Source of the DNA: an uncultured Planctomycetota bacterium
Lineage (GTDB): Bacteria > Planctomycetota > Planctomycetia > Isosphaerales > Isosphaeraceae
Assembly (NCBI GenBank): GCA_963823665.1
Contig: CAWGMQ010000005.1
Span: 1,184,001-1,248,000 of the forward strand
DNA length: 64,000 bases
Direction: 5' to 3'
Position numbers and translations under genes: made by a program. Under the pieces are notes generated by a model. That model saw only the letters and a program-made list of their open reading frames with translations. It made no database searches and had not been told where the DNA came from. Shown in pieces: positions 29,950 to 40,353 of this stretch (position 1 is its first letter; each line of letters begins with the position of its first letter).

Positions 29950-31083
29950 ATGAGTCAAGCTGGAGTGCAGGAAGACCGGATCGTCGCGGCCTTCGAGCGT
30001 GCGGTGCCGAGCCGGGTCCTGTTGCTCGTCGTGGGGCTTTGCTGCGCCCTGCTGGGCGTGGTGGCGATCTGGCTGCCGCAGTCGCTGTTCGGGACGCTCG
30101 TGTGGATCGTCGGTGCGCTCTTGCTCGGCTCGGGTGTGATCAAGCTGCTGCTCCTGTTGCCGGGGCGGCGCTCACGCGCGGCGAGACGGCAGTCGTGGGC
30201 GATGATCCTGGTCCAATCCGGGCTGGACATCGCGATGGGGCTTATCCTTTTCAATCACGGACAGATCTCCGCGCGGGTGGTGGCGGCGGTGTTCGGGCTT
30301 CTGTTCCTGATTGAGGGCGGAGTCCTGTTCTGCATGGGCGCGAAGTCAACGAGTTTCCGTGGTCGGCTCATGCTGTGGATCACGGCGGCGGTCACTGGTG
30401 GAATCGGCCTGGCGGTCGTGTTCGCTCTCGTGCCTGATCCCATCCGTTGGGCAGGTGTGATCGTCGGGCTGAAGCTGCTCTGCTTCGGGCTCACCCTGGT
30501 GATCATCGCACTGACCGCCCGCGAGGATGCCGCCGCGCTGCTGCTGGCGACCCAGGTGCCCGAGCCGGTGACCGGCGAGCTGTATTCCGTGTACTTCGGC
30601 ACGGCGTTCCACCTGGGTGTATATGTCGGAGACGGCAAGATCGTCCATTTCCTGAACGACAATCATGTGTACCACGTGAGCTGGGAACTGTTCCTGGAAG
30701 GAAGGATGCCGCAGCACTGGACCTATCCCGACTTGCCTGTGGTACCGGTGGAGGAGATTGTGCGCACCGCGCTCTCGGAAGTTGGCAATACATACACTTA
30801 TAAACTGTTGACGTTCAACTGTGAGCACTTCGCGATCCACTGCAAGTCGGGCGGGCAGGTGAAAACAAGCCAGTACGCACAAGTGCCCTCGAGCCTCGAA
30901 AGCGTGCGGAAACATCCCTGGCGAGGCATAGTGGCCGAGCTGAATACGCGGCTCGTAGAATGGCTGGCATTCCACCTGGGCGGTCCAGCCGGCAGACAGC
31001 TCTCGTTGACGATTCGGAGGCTCGGCTCAACCGTAACCTTGTGGCTGATGCATCCGGAAAAGGTGTCAGGAACCAATGATTGA
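29950..31083 (+). CDS. HdeD/DUF308 membrane domain fused to LRAT-type (permuted NlpC/P60) domain
   Basis: About six hydrophobic helices followed by FHLGVYVGDGKIVHF...YKLLTFNCEHFA. Confidence 0.85.
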   Translation: MSQAGVQEDRIVAAFERAVPSRVLLLVVGLCCALLGVVAIWLPQSLFGTLVWIVGALLLGSGVIKLLLLLPGRRSRAARRQSWAMILVQSGLDIAMGLILFNHGQISARVVAAVFGLLFLIEGGVLFCMGAKSTSFRGRLMLWITAAVTGGIGLAVVFALVPDPIRWAGVIVGLKLLCFGLTLVIIALTAREDAAALLLATQVPEPVTGELYSVYFGTAFHLGVYVGDGKIVHFLNDNHVYHVSWELFLEGRMPQHWTYPDLPVVPVEEIVRTALSEVGNTYTYKLLTFNCEHFAIHCKSGGQVKTSQYAQVPSSLESVRKHPWRGIVAELNTRLVEWLAFHLGGPAGRQLSLTIRRLGSTVTLWLMHPEKVSGTND

Positions 31084-31103
31084 CTCGTTCCGGTGGGGCG
31101 GTT

Positions 31104-32528
31104 TCAGCGATCACGCAGCGCCGCCAGCACTTCATTCGCGACCCGTTCGCCCGATCGCACGGCCCCGTCCATGTAACCACACCAGGCTTCCGAGGTCTCG
31201 GACCCCGCCCAGTGAATGCGCCCGACGGGCACGCGCAAGGCCGGGCCGAACCGCGTCAGGACGTTGCGCGGTACGGGGGAAACACACCCGGTCGTCCACC
31301 CATCGCTCGACCAGTCGGTCTCGAAATAGGCCACCGGCTCCTTCGCTCGTTTGCCGAACAGGCTCGCCAGCCCGGCGAGCACGGCCGTTCGGCGCTTGCC
31401 GGGGTCTTTGTTCACGCCATCGTCGGTCAGGAACGCGACCAGAACGCCGCGAGATCCATCCTGTGGCGAGTTGTCGAACGTCACGCCGATCGGCGGTCGG
31501 TCGGCCACGCCGATGCCGCTGAGACCGTCCTTCCTCCAGAAGGGTTCGTCATAAACAACATTGACCTTGATCGCCGGTTGACCTCGCCATGCGTCAACCA
31601 GCCCACGTCGCTGCGCCGGCAACGCAGGCAAGAACGCAATCCGACGCGTGTCTGCCGGCATCATCGCCACGACCACGCGCCGCGCTCGAACCTTGAGCCG
31701 TGTCGATTCGACAGCGACCCCCGATTTCTCTTCATCAACGATCCGGAGCACGGGGGAGCCGACCACGAGCTGATCGCCGAGCGGTGCCGCGAGCGCCTTC
31801 GAGAGCGACTGCGGTCCGCCAACAAACCGGTATTCCTGCGCGTCGATATCGAGGGCGTGGATGCTTCCCGCGGCCCGGATGAAGAAGAGGTAGTAGAGTA
31901 GCGAAATCCGCGAGGCTGGCCCCAGCTCGGTCGACAGGTTGATGTCGAACGTCTGCTTCGTCTCTTCGTCGCGCGTGTTCGCTGCCAGCCACTGTTGGAC
32001 GGTCTGGTCGTCCCACTCACGCGCTCGCGCGGCGGTCCACGGAGCGTCGGTCGGAACGGTCTTCGCGAGAGACTCGAGCAGCCCCTTGACGCGTCTCAGG
32101 TCGGCCGAGTCCTTCTCGTCGCCCGGCCGCGTGAATCGCAGGCCGGAGACTGACAGGACGATCTTCCCCTCGTAGTAACTGCGAAAGGTCGCGATGCCGA
32201 GTCCTTTGGCAAGCGCCAGCACTCGCGATTGACCCGGACCGACCCACTGCCCGCCCCCTTCGACCACGTGGCCGCCGCCGATTGAATGATCGAGCGTCCG
32301 GCCGCCCACGCGCTGCCGCGCCTCGAGCACGCACACGGTAGCACCACCATTTTTCAGCTCCCGCGCCGCCAAGAGCCCGGAAAGCCCCGCCCCGACAATC
32401 ACCACATCCACCTGCCGGTCGGGAAGTGTGCTGAGGGGGTCTACCCCTTCCGCGACTGAACTCGCCATGGGAGCGATCGCGGCAACCGAGGTAACGACCC
32501 GTAAGAAATCCCGCCGATCCGTTTTCAT
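31104..32528 (-). CDS. Tat-exported flavin monoamine oxidase family protein
   Basis: TDRRDFL Tat motif, IVGAGLSGL, EARQRVGGR, GGQWVGP, IHWAGSET, GYMDGAVRSG. Confidence 0.92.
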   Translation of the reverse strand: MKTDRRDFLRVVTSVAAIAPMASSVAEGVDPLSTLPDRQVDVVIVGAGLSGLLAARELKNGGATVCVLEARQRVGGRTLDHSIGGGHVVEGGGQWVGPGQSRVLALAKGLGIATFRSYYEGKIVLSVSGLRFTRPGDEKDSADLRRVKGLLESLAKTVPTDAPWTAARAREWDDQTVQQWLAANTRDEETKQTFDINLSTELGPASRISLLYYLFFIRAAGSIHALDIDAQEYRFVGGPQSLSKALAAPLGDQLVVGSPVLRIVDEEKSGVAVESTRLKVRARRVVVAMMPADTRRIAFLPALPAQRRGLVDAWRGQPAIKVNVVYDEPFWRKDGLSGIGVADRPPIGVTFDNSPQDGSRGVLVAFLTDDGVNKDPGKRRTAVLAGLASLFGKRAKEPVAYFETDWSSDGWTTGCVSPVPRNVLTRFGPALRVPVGRIHWAGSETSEAWCGYMDGAVRSGERVANEVLAALRDR

Positions 32529-32594
32529 GGTTCTCTTCCGCTCTGATGCTTCTCGGGCAGGGTTGGACTTGAGCGAAGTCGGAAACTCGCATTT

Positions 32595-33330
32595 TCATCG
32601 GCTCGCCGCGTCGTGAACAGCCATGAGCGCCTGCAGCGCCGCATAATCGACCGGCTTGGTCATGAAATGGTCGAATCCAGCGGACATCGCCCGCTGGCGA
32701 TCCTCCTCCGGGTCGACCGCCAGCTCCGGACCCGTCGGGCCAGCGCTGCGCGGCAGGGCGGACGGCAGGCGGACAACGAACTCGCTCCCCGTGCCGAGCC
32801 CGTCGCTCTTGCCGATCAGCCGGCCGCCGTGCAGCTCGGCCAGAGACCGCGCGAGTGTCAGCCCGATTCCGAGCCCGCCCTCCGACCGCGCCAGCGAGCG
32901 GTCCCCTTGCGCGAATAGTTCAAACATCTGGGGGATCTGCTCGGGCGGGATGCCCATTCCTGTGTCTCGAACCGTGATGACGATCGACTCGTCCTCCCAT
33001 CCGGCCGACAAGAGAATCTCTCCCCCGTTCTGTGTATACTTGGCGGCGTTCGTCAGCAAGTTCGTCACGATCTGCTCCAGCCGCACCGGATCGGCCTCCG
33101 CCGGCAAGGTCTCGGGCACGATGGCGACGGAAAGCTTGTGCTGGCGCGACTCGATGAGAGGCCGCGCCGACTCGATGGCGCTGCGCAGGATTTGCGCCAC
33201 ATCGAGCCGTTCCTTGCGGAGTCGGATCTTCCCCTGCGTGACCCGCGCCACGTCGAGCAGGTCATCGATCAAGCGCACCAGGTGCTTGACCTGACGGTTG
33301 ATCACGTCCATGCTCCACTCGATCTGGAAT
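32595..33330 (-). pseudogene. Remnant hybrid histidine kinase: HATPase_c plus the last part of a receiver domain; H-box and phospho-Asp missing
   Basis: RLIDDLLDVARV, NLLTNAAKYT, DTGMGI and GLGIGL, then abruptly EEDRQRAMSAGFDHFMTKPVD. An in-frame stop lies just upstream of QIEWSMDV. Confidence 0.8.
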
Positions 33331-33636
33331 CAAAAGGAATGCGATGGCCACCGCAACCGCTACCACGGCGACACCGTAGCGTAGCGGCCAATATGTCATC
33401 TTCGGCATGAGAGGGCCTCCACGACCGACGTAACTTTGCGCAATCGGCGCAGCAAAAACGCAACGCGACGCCTTTCCGGTCTATCTTACTACCTCCATCG
33501 ATCGCCGCCGAGATTGATGAGCATCGTTCTGGGGAGCAGAGTAGAGACCTGAGCACCGATGACTTGCCGCCCGGCGCGAGTTAAGCTCACCAATTGCGAC
33601 TTCGAGCCATCTGCCAAACTCCCGGAGGGCCTGACC

Positions 33637-34691
33637 GTGATCTCCCCCGCCGCATCCACCCGCATCGATCGACCCGCCACTCTCATCGCCGCACTCGTTT
33701 GCGTGATCCTCACGAGCGAGCCATCTCGATCGCACGCCCAGGCCGTGAAGCAGGAGGCGACTGCGAAGAAGCAGCAGCCAAAAGCCAAGCAGCAGGCCAA
33801 GGCCGCCCCGCGCTACGCTGTGCCGCCCACATTCTCCAACGTCCCCTACGGCACGCACGAGCGTCAGGTGCTCGACTTCTTCAAAGCCGACACCGCCGGG
33901 CCGGCCCCGCTCGTCGTCAACATTCACGGCGGCGGCTGGGTCGCGGGTGACAAGGTCGGCGTGGGCGATCTCAAGAAATTCCTCGACAATGGAATCTCCG
34001 TCGCGTCGATCAACTACCGCTACACCACTCTGGCCCAGGCGGCCGGGATCAAGCCGCCGGTGAAGTGGCCGCTCGAAGATGCCGCGCGGGCCATTCAGTT
34101 CCTCCGTTCCAAGGCCGGCGAATGGAACATCGACAAGAAGCGGATCGCCGCGACCGGCGGCTCAGCCGGTGCCTGCTCGTCGCTCTGGCTGGCCTTCCAC
34201 GACGACATGGCAAAGCCCGACAGCACCGACCCCGTCGCCCGCGAATCGACCCGGCTTTTCGCCGTTGCCGTCAATGGCGCCAGACCTCGCTCGATCCCTT
34301 GCAGCTTCGCGAGTGGATGCCGAACATGCGATACGGCGGCCACGCCTTCGGATTCACCGGCGGAGGCGGCACAGGCCGCGACTCACAGTTCCAGCAGTTC
34401 TTCGACCATCGCGCGGAAGTGCTCGACTGGATCAAGGAGTATTCGCCTTATTCCCACGCCGGCCCGGGTGACCCGCCGGTCTTCATGACCTACCCTTCGC
34501 AGAACAAGCCTCCCGTGAAAGGCGAGCCCCAGACCGACCCGACGCACAGCGCGGTTCTCGGTCTTCTCCTCGAAGAAAAGCTCAAGGCCGAAGGCGATGA
34601 AGTCCATCTCATCTACCCCGGCCGCAAAGACGCCGAATTTGCCGGGATCTCCGACTTCCTGATCGCCAAGCTCAAGGGGTCTCAGCCTTGA
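33637..34691 (+). CDS. Secreted alpha/beta hydrolase (esterase/lipase); 1-nt frameshift at about 34280
   Basis: IHGGGW, INYR, GGSAG nucleophile elbow. One more C in GCC-AG restores NGAQTSLDP...DPPVF...DPTHS. Confidence 0.85.
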
Positions 34692-34855
34692 AGTACGGAT
34701 CCGATGCGCAGCCCGTCCGAACGTTTTTCCTCTAAGCGGATCGGATTCCCGCTCGGCGAGCGCGTCTCGATTCGAATCCATTACGCTGCACCCGCTACGC
34801 AAGATTGCTGCGGCCGTGCGGAGTTCCTAGAATAATGACGGAGAGGGTTCAGGTC

Positions 34856-35160
34856 ATGCTCTCGACGGTCGAACAGCTCTTGGCTCGGCTAGGCTCGGGG
34901 ATCGAGTCGATGGCGGGAGTATGTGGCGGTGATCCGCGTATTGCGTGAACACGAATCCCAGTCTGGACGCTGGAGCACTACCGGCGGCTCGGATTGACCG
35001 AAGCCCAGATTCTGGCGCATTCCCGGCACTCCGAGCGACCGATCTGGTCAACGCCTGGTCTTTTGCCGCTGGTCACCCGGACGAGATCGACCGTCAGATC
35101 AGAGAAAATGAGGAGGCCGAGCCTTTGGCCCGCCTCTTCGCTGATGAGAACTTTCCCAAA
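34856..35160 (+). pseudogene. Decayed DUF433/DUF5615 (VapBC45-like) toxin-antitoxin remnant
   Basis: Pieces in shifting frames: MLSTVEQLL..GIESMAGVCGGDPRIA* / IPVWTLEHYRRLGLTEAQIL / FPALRATDLVNAW...EIDRQIRENEEA, then only the toxin start LARLFADENFP. Confidence 0.8.
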
Positions 35161-35276
35161 TTTGACAGCCGATTGCTTCACTCGTACAGTTGTAGAATCG
35201 GCCCAGGACGCCGACGGGGTTTTCTAATTCGAACTACCACCGCGTCTTCTCTGTCCGTCGAATTCAAGAGGCACCG

Positions 35277-36626
35277 ATGATAGCAACCCGCTCGAAGGCG
35301 CACGGACTTATGGTGCTGGCGGCCTTCGTCTCAGCCGGTGCCTCGTGGCCTATCCGGGCGGCCCTCGGAAGCGAACAGATCGACTCCCGCCAGTTCTTTG
35401 ATACCTACCGCGCGGCGCTGACGCGACTCCAAGCCGGCTGCGGCTCGGGTGATCTCGAGGGCGTCTACACCAGCCAATGGTTCGGCGCCCGGGCAGACCG
35501 ACCTGTGCGCGAGACGGCCGTCGAAATGGCCTACAGCTCCGATAGCAACCGTGAGAAGCATGTTTTGATCCGTCGCGACCAAGCCTCCGCTCCGTACTTC
35601 GAGCGTGTCTTCCTGCCGCGGAACGGACGGACGCTGATTCTGGAGCGGCTTGACCCCGCCAGGCCCTTCTTCATCCGATGGATAAGCAAGCCATCTGAGG
35701 CTCCCGACAATCTGGCGCCCATCGATCGGCGCAACTCAGTTGTCCGAGCGGCGTATTCGATCGGCGGCGGTTTCCTGATCCCGTCGATTCTCGACGCGCC
35801 CGCCTTCCAGATCACCGATCAAGGGCGTGTTGACCGCGATGGCGCCTCGCTCGTCCGGGTCACCTTCAAATCCCAATCTGATGCTGCGAAGTCGCTACCC
35901 GCACTGGACGGTTGGATGCTGCTTGACCCGAGGCGAGACTGGGCCTTGCGAGCACACGAGGTTCGCATAGCTTGGCCAGCTTCGCCGAATTCCTTCTCTG
36001 TTGTGAGTGGGACGGTCCGCTACGCGGACGGAGCCGGAGCGGGCCCACTCCCAGAAGAGGTCACTCTCGTGGATCGCTTCCAGCGCGATGAACAAGTCAG
36101 CGAACATCGGATCCACTTTCGCGCTCGGCGTCGAGCCGCCGAGCCGCCTTCCGCGGATACCTTCACGCTCGCTGCCTACGACCTGGGTGACTACCCATGG
36201 GACAACGAGCGGCAGCCAGAGGACCGCGGCTCACGCCAGTTGACGGTGCACACGCCCGTCCTCGATTACGATCAACCCGCACCGAAAGCGTCCGTCGACC
36301 TGTCGTTCCAGTTGACCAACTCGGGGCCGAAGGCAGTCCGGGTCGTCGGGATGAGGTTTGGTTGCGCGGCCAACTTGCCTGCCGAGGAGTTGCCGTGTCG
36401 AATCGAACCCGGCGAGACCAAGACGCTCACCCTGAAGCTCCTGGCATCCGCCGAGACCGGGACGGGCGAGACCCGATTTCCACTCTATCTTTACACGACC
36501 GCCCCAGGTCAGGCCGAGGTGGAGCTCACGCTCGTCGGTCGGAGTCGCCTCGAGATCGATGAGCGCCGACACTCTCGGCGGAGCCACACCCCGCCTCGAA
36601 CGCGGTTGGCGTATCGATCCCACTGA
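35277..36626 (+). CDS. Secreted hypothetical protein with C-terminal DUF1573-like Ig domain
   Basis: Signal peptide; F.LTNSG...VRVVG...GC......IEPGE...L.L pattern; GAGG RBS. Confidence 0.65.
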   Translation: MIATRSKAHGLMVLAAFVSAGASWPIRAALGSEQIDSRQFFDTYRAALTRLQAGCGSGDLEGVYTSQWFGARADRPVRETAVEMAYSSDSNREKHVLIRRDQASAPYFERVFLPRNGRTLILERLDPARPFFIRWISKPSEAPDNLAPIDRRNSVVRAAYSIGGGFLIPSILDAPAFQITDQGRVDRDGASLVRVTFKSQSDAAKSLPALDGWMLLDPRRDWALRAHEVRIAWPASPNSFSVVSGTVRYADGAGAGPLPEEVTLVDRFQRDEQVSEHRIHFRARRRAAEPPSADTFTLAAYDLGDYPWDNERQPEDRGSRQLTVHTPVLDYDQPAPKASVDLSFQLTNSGPKAVRVVGMRFGCAANLPAEELPCRIEPGETKTLTLKLLASAETGTGETRFPLYLYTTAPGQAEVELTLVGRSRLEIDERRHSRRSHTPPRTRLAYRSH

Positions 36627-36683
36627 GTGAAGATGCCGGCCCGATCGGTAGGCAGCCCGCCAGACGAGGAATGCGACTGCGCG

Positions 36684-37121
36684 TCACCTCACTCGAACCG
36701 GCACTTCCACCGCTTCGCCGTTAAGGTTGGCCGCGAGTTGCCCGGCAAACCCTTCGGGATACTCGCCGGCCAATGAAGCAAACTTGCCGGCTTCCTTCGG
36801 CTCCGCCTTCAAGTCGACGACCCGGCTATTCTCCCCTGTCCCGATCTTGATCTTTACGTCCGTGGCACCTGACGTCATTGCGCTTGTGCCATCAGACTGG
36901 AAGAAATAAGCGACGATCACTGGCTTGTATTGCGCCTTGCCGCCCGAGGTGCCCACTTGCGCGGAATTGACCAGAATTTCCGCAAATCCCTGGCCATTCG
37001 GCAATGTCACCATGGTTCCGCCGTGGGCCGCCTTGGCAACCGGAAGCTCCTTGGGTGAGCCGCCACAGCCGGCGATTGCGCAGGCCAGAGACAAGATCGT
37101 AAGACAAACAGATTTAAACAT
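36684..37121 (-). CDS. Lipoprotein downstream of the DUF1559 gene
   Basis: Lipobox IAG-C after a hydrophobic stretch; position typical of planctomycete DUF1559 partner genes. Confidence 0.75.
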   Translation of the reverse strand: MFKSVCLTILSLACAIAGCGGSPKELPVAKAAHGGTMVTLPNGQGFAEILVNSAQVGTSGGKAQYKPVIVAYFFQSDGTSAMTSGATDVKIKIGTGENSRVVDLKAEPKEAGKFASLAGEYPEGFAGQLAANLNGEAVEVPVRVR

Positions 37122-37250
37122 ATTGTCTCATACCCTGGAAAAAGGGTAATGAAGGAAGGTGGTCTGGGTTCGATACCAGGCCACCCTCACAGGGAAAAAC
37201 CGCTGTTTCGCCGCCCGGCGGAGCCGCCGAGCAACTGGCCTTGAGACCGC

Positions 37251-38402
37251 TCAATACGAATCGGCGCTGATGACTTCGCCGCCATTTCGCGTCGAGAGCT
37301 GCTGGTAAACGCCGAGCTGCGCGTTTTGGGTACCGTTGCTGTTCTGCAGGTAATAGCCCGTCCTGGTGTACGGAGCCGTTGCGGTGACCGTCACACGAGT
37401 CGTGTAGTCGGGAATCGAATCACCAGCGCCGTCGTTGTTGCCCGTATTGAACGACCACGAGCTGATGGAGCTCTTGATGAATCGGACCGAGCCATCGCTG
37501 AACCCGAAGTTCGCGCCGCCGGGATGATAGCTTCCTGACGAGGTGGTCGAGTAATAGTTGTAGCCGTTGAAACCGAGAGGCCCTGCTCCGTTGCCGAACC
37601 CGAGGTTCATGGGATAGAGCGTCGAAGTCAGGGTATCGAAGTACCGGCCGACGTTCCACTGGGCGTCCGACTGGCAATAGTACGGATCATTCACCCACAA
37701 GTGGCCCTTGGCACGCTCCGTGAATAAGAATGTGTTGCTCGTTCCGTCGGTGATGGAAGCGATCTTGACGCTGCTGTCGTTGTAGATCGTGCCGTTGAAA
37801 GCCGCGAGCACTGTCGCGCTCATCTGGTTATTGAATCCGAACGTGAATGTCCCGGCGTTGCCGCCGTAGCTGTTGAATGCCTGGGTCCATGAACCGGGAG
37901 GCAAGGGGTAAATGTTGTAGAAGCTCCAGCCGGGAGGCGTGGTGGTTTGCGACTGCGTCGCGGGCAAGGCCATCGTCTGGTTCTGCAGGTCGCTCGGGCA
38001 GACCAGCGCGGAAACCAGGACACCGCCGATCGTCAGGTTGGTCGGATCGCCCGAATTCAAGTTGAAGTTAGCGGAGCTGTACATCGGCGATTGCTCGAGA
38101 TACGGCAGGATCCGCACGAAGACGCTGAAGCTCTCCGGGTAATGGCTCGAGTAGGCGGGAGGATTGAACAGCGTTCCCGTGTAGGAGCCGCCGGGAATAC
38201 AAAGATTGGTCGACTCGTAATTCAAGGCGGCCAGACCAAGCTGTTTCAGGTTGTTGGTGCACTGGGCCCGTCGGGCAGCTTCGCGCGCCGACTGGACCGC
38301 GGGTAACAGCAAAGCGATCAAGACAGCGATGATCGCAATCACCACCAGAAGCTCAATGAGCGTAAAGCCACGGCTCGTTCGAGCCATCGATTTGGAACTC
38401 AT
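37251..38402 (-). CDS. DUF1559 prepilin-type N-terminal methylation protein with H-X9-DG motif
   Basis: GFTLIELLVVIAIIAVLIALLLPAVQSAREAARRAQCTNNLKQ, ITDGTSNT, HPGGANFGFSDG. Confidence 0.95.
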   Translation of the reverse strand: MSSKSMARTSRGFTLIELLVVIAIIAVLIALLLPAVQSAREAARRAQCTNNLKQLGLAALNYESTNLCIPGGSYTGTLFNPPAYSSHYPESFSVFVRILPYLEQSPMYSSANFNLNSGDPTNLTIGGVLVSALVCPSDLQNQTMALPATQSQTTTPPGWSFYNIYPLPPGSWTQAFNSYGGNAGTFTFGFNNQMSATVLAAFNGTIYNDSSVKIASITDGTSNTFLFTERAKGHLWVNDPYYCQSDAQWNVGRYFDTLTSTLYPMNLGFGNGAGPLGFNGYNYYSTTSSGSYHPGGANFGFSDGSVRFIKSSISSWSFNTGNNDGAGDSIPDYTTRVTVTATAPYTRTGYYLQNSNGTQNAQLGVYQQLSTRNGGEVISADSY

Positions 38403-38575
38403 GAATCACAACTCCTCGAAGAATCGAGATCACGGAAGAACGTGCGTCGTTCAGGAGAGAGGTGGATTCGGGAGAACGATGCCTCCAGGAAATTCGCCCC
38501 TGGCGTTTCAAGTGAATAACAATACTTACCAGCAACTCCAAAACGCAAATGATTTCTTGATCAGTTTTCTTATTG

Positions 38576-40123
38576 CTAGCGCGGCGTGGCCACCGCTTCG
38601 ATGTGGCCTTGCGAGGTGGGAGAGGGCGGTGACGACAGACCGTCGACCAGAAGCATCCCGCCGATTTCGACCTCGGCTCGCCTCAGCTCCAGCAGCGATT
38701 CCACGTAGTCCTTGCTCAGGTCGAAGTACATTCGCCGCGAAGCGAGCACCTGGGTCCACGGCGTTCTTCGCTGACGGTAACTGGCGAGCTGAAGCTCATA
38801 CGCCTGCCGGCTCATCGGCAGTGTGCCGTCGCGGAAATCTTCAACCGAGCGAGCGGCGTCTTGATAGCGAGTGAACGCAAGAGCCAGCCGCTGGCGCAGC
38901 GAAAGGGCGATCCGTTCGTACTCGGCGTGGTCGCGGCTCAAGTCCGACATCGCTTCGCGAATCGTGCCCTGGTTGCGGTTGAAGATCGGCAGAGCGATGC
39001 CGATCTGAACGCCCGCAGTCTGAACGCCGAACTCATAGTTGTAGCCCGTCACGGCCTGAAGCTGCACATTCGGGATCGGCTCGACGCGCTCGCGGCGTAC
39101 CATGATCTCGTCGCGGCGGATCTCGGAAAGCGCCGCTTGAATCTCGGGGCTATTTTGAAGCAGCTCGGCGAGTGTGCCGTCGAACTGCACGGGCGCAGCC
39201 TCGGCTTCGAGCGGATTCATGTCAAGCGGTGCGGGCCGGAGCTCGGGCGCGCCACAAGCGCGACGAGCTCTTCCCAATCGCCCCGAAATCGATTCTCCGC
39301 CTTTTGAAGCGCGACCTTGGCACGGCGCTCTGCACGCGCGCCTGGATCACCTCCGGCTGGCTGACCTGTCCCACGTTGAGCATCTCTTCCATCGTGCGCA
39401 CGGCATCGTTGTCAAGCTTGAGCATCTCGCGGTGGATCGCGATCAATCGCTCCGCGGCGATGACTTCGAGATACTGGATCCTCACGCCGTTGAGCACGCG
39501 AAGCTCCTGGCCGATGGCCTGCCAATGAGCGGCCGTCGCCTCCTCCGCAAATTTGGCGCGGCTCAGACGCAACTTGCCGGCAGTGACAATCTGCCACTGG
39601 ACGAACGCCCCCACGTTATCCCCCGGCGAAGGCTTCCCCTTGACCGCGAAACCGTTACTGGTCGGTTGCGATTCCGAGAATGAACCGATCTGATCCTGGA
39701 TGTAGCCGAGGGTGGGGTTCGGATACAGCCCGGCCTGGCGCGAGCGATGCAGGGCAGCCTCGAACTGAGCCCTCGCCTGCCGGAGCGTCGGATTGCGCTC
39801 GAGCGCAACACGCTCGAAGTCACCCAGGCCAAGCGCCCTGGCCGCAGCATCCGGTGCTCCCACCGGCTGACGCGGGGCTCGCGCCGCCGCCGGCGGCAGC
39901 GCACGCAGCTCCGGCGACGCCGGCCCGGCCGGCATCGTCATGCCGGGCATCGCCATGCCGGGCATGGAATCCGTCGCCGCGCTCGGCGCGTTGCGCGCGG
40001 CATTGAGGGCATCGGTCGGGCCGGCGCAGTTGCACCTTGCGACCCGCCGCCCTGAGCGAGCGCAACCGGCTCGAACAGCGCCAGAAGCAGCACCGTCAGC
40101 ACGGGAATGGTCCTCTCGCTCAT
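38576..40123 (-). CDS. TolC/CzcC-like outer-membrane factor with Met-rich N-terminus; several frameshifts (about 40000 and 39250-39330)
   Basis: Signal peptide in ORF 39938..40123; MPGMAMPGMTMP, ALERNPTL and QAGLYPNP in ORF 39222..40439; LPIFNRNQG in ORF 38576..39277. Confidence 0.8.
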
Positions 40124-40353
40124 CCTGATCCTCGCCGATTCCTTTTCCGACGCGCCGAATTTGGCGAAGCGACGACGATGTTATCGGTTGCGCACCCCGC
40201 CCGTCTTCCAGATCGAACCGCCAATGACGCGACCGAGCTCTGGGCGCACTTTCATTTTCACCAATTCCCCCAGGTTGAAATTCGGCGCGCGGGACCAGAG
40301 AGACTTTGACTGCCGACTCCAGTCGACGGGAGCGAGTTGCTGGGAAGGCTCGC

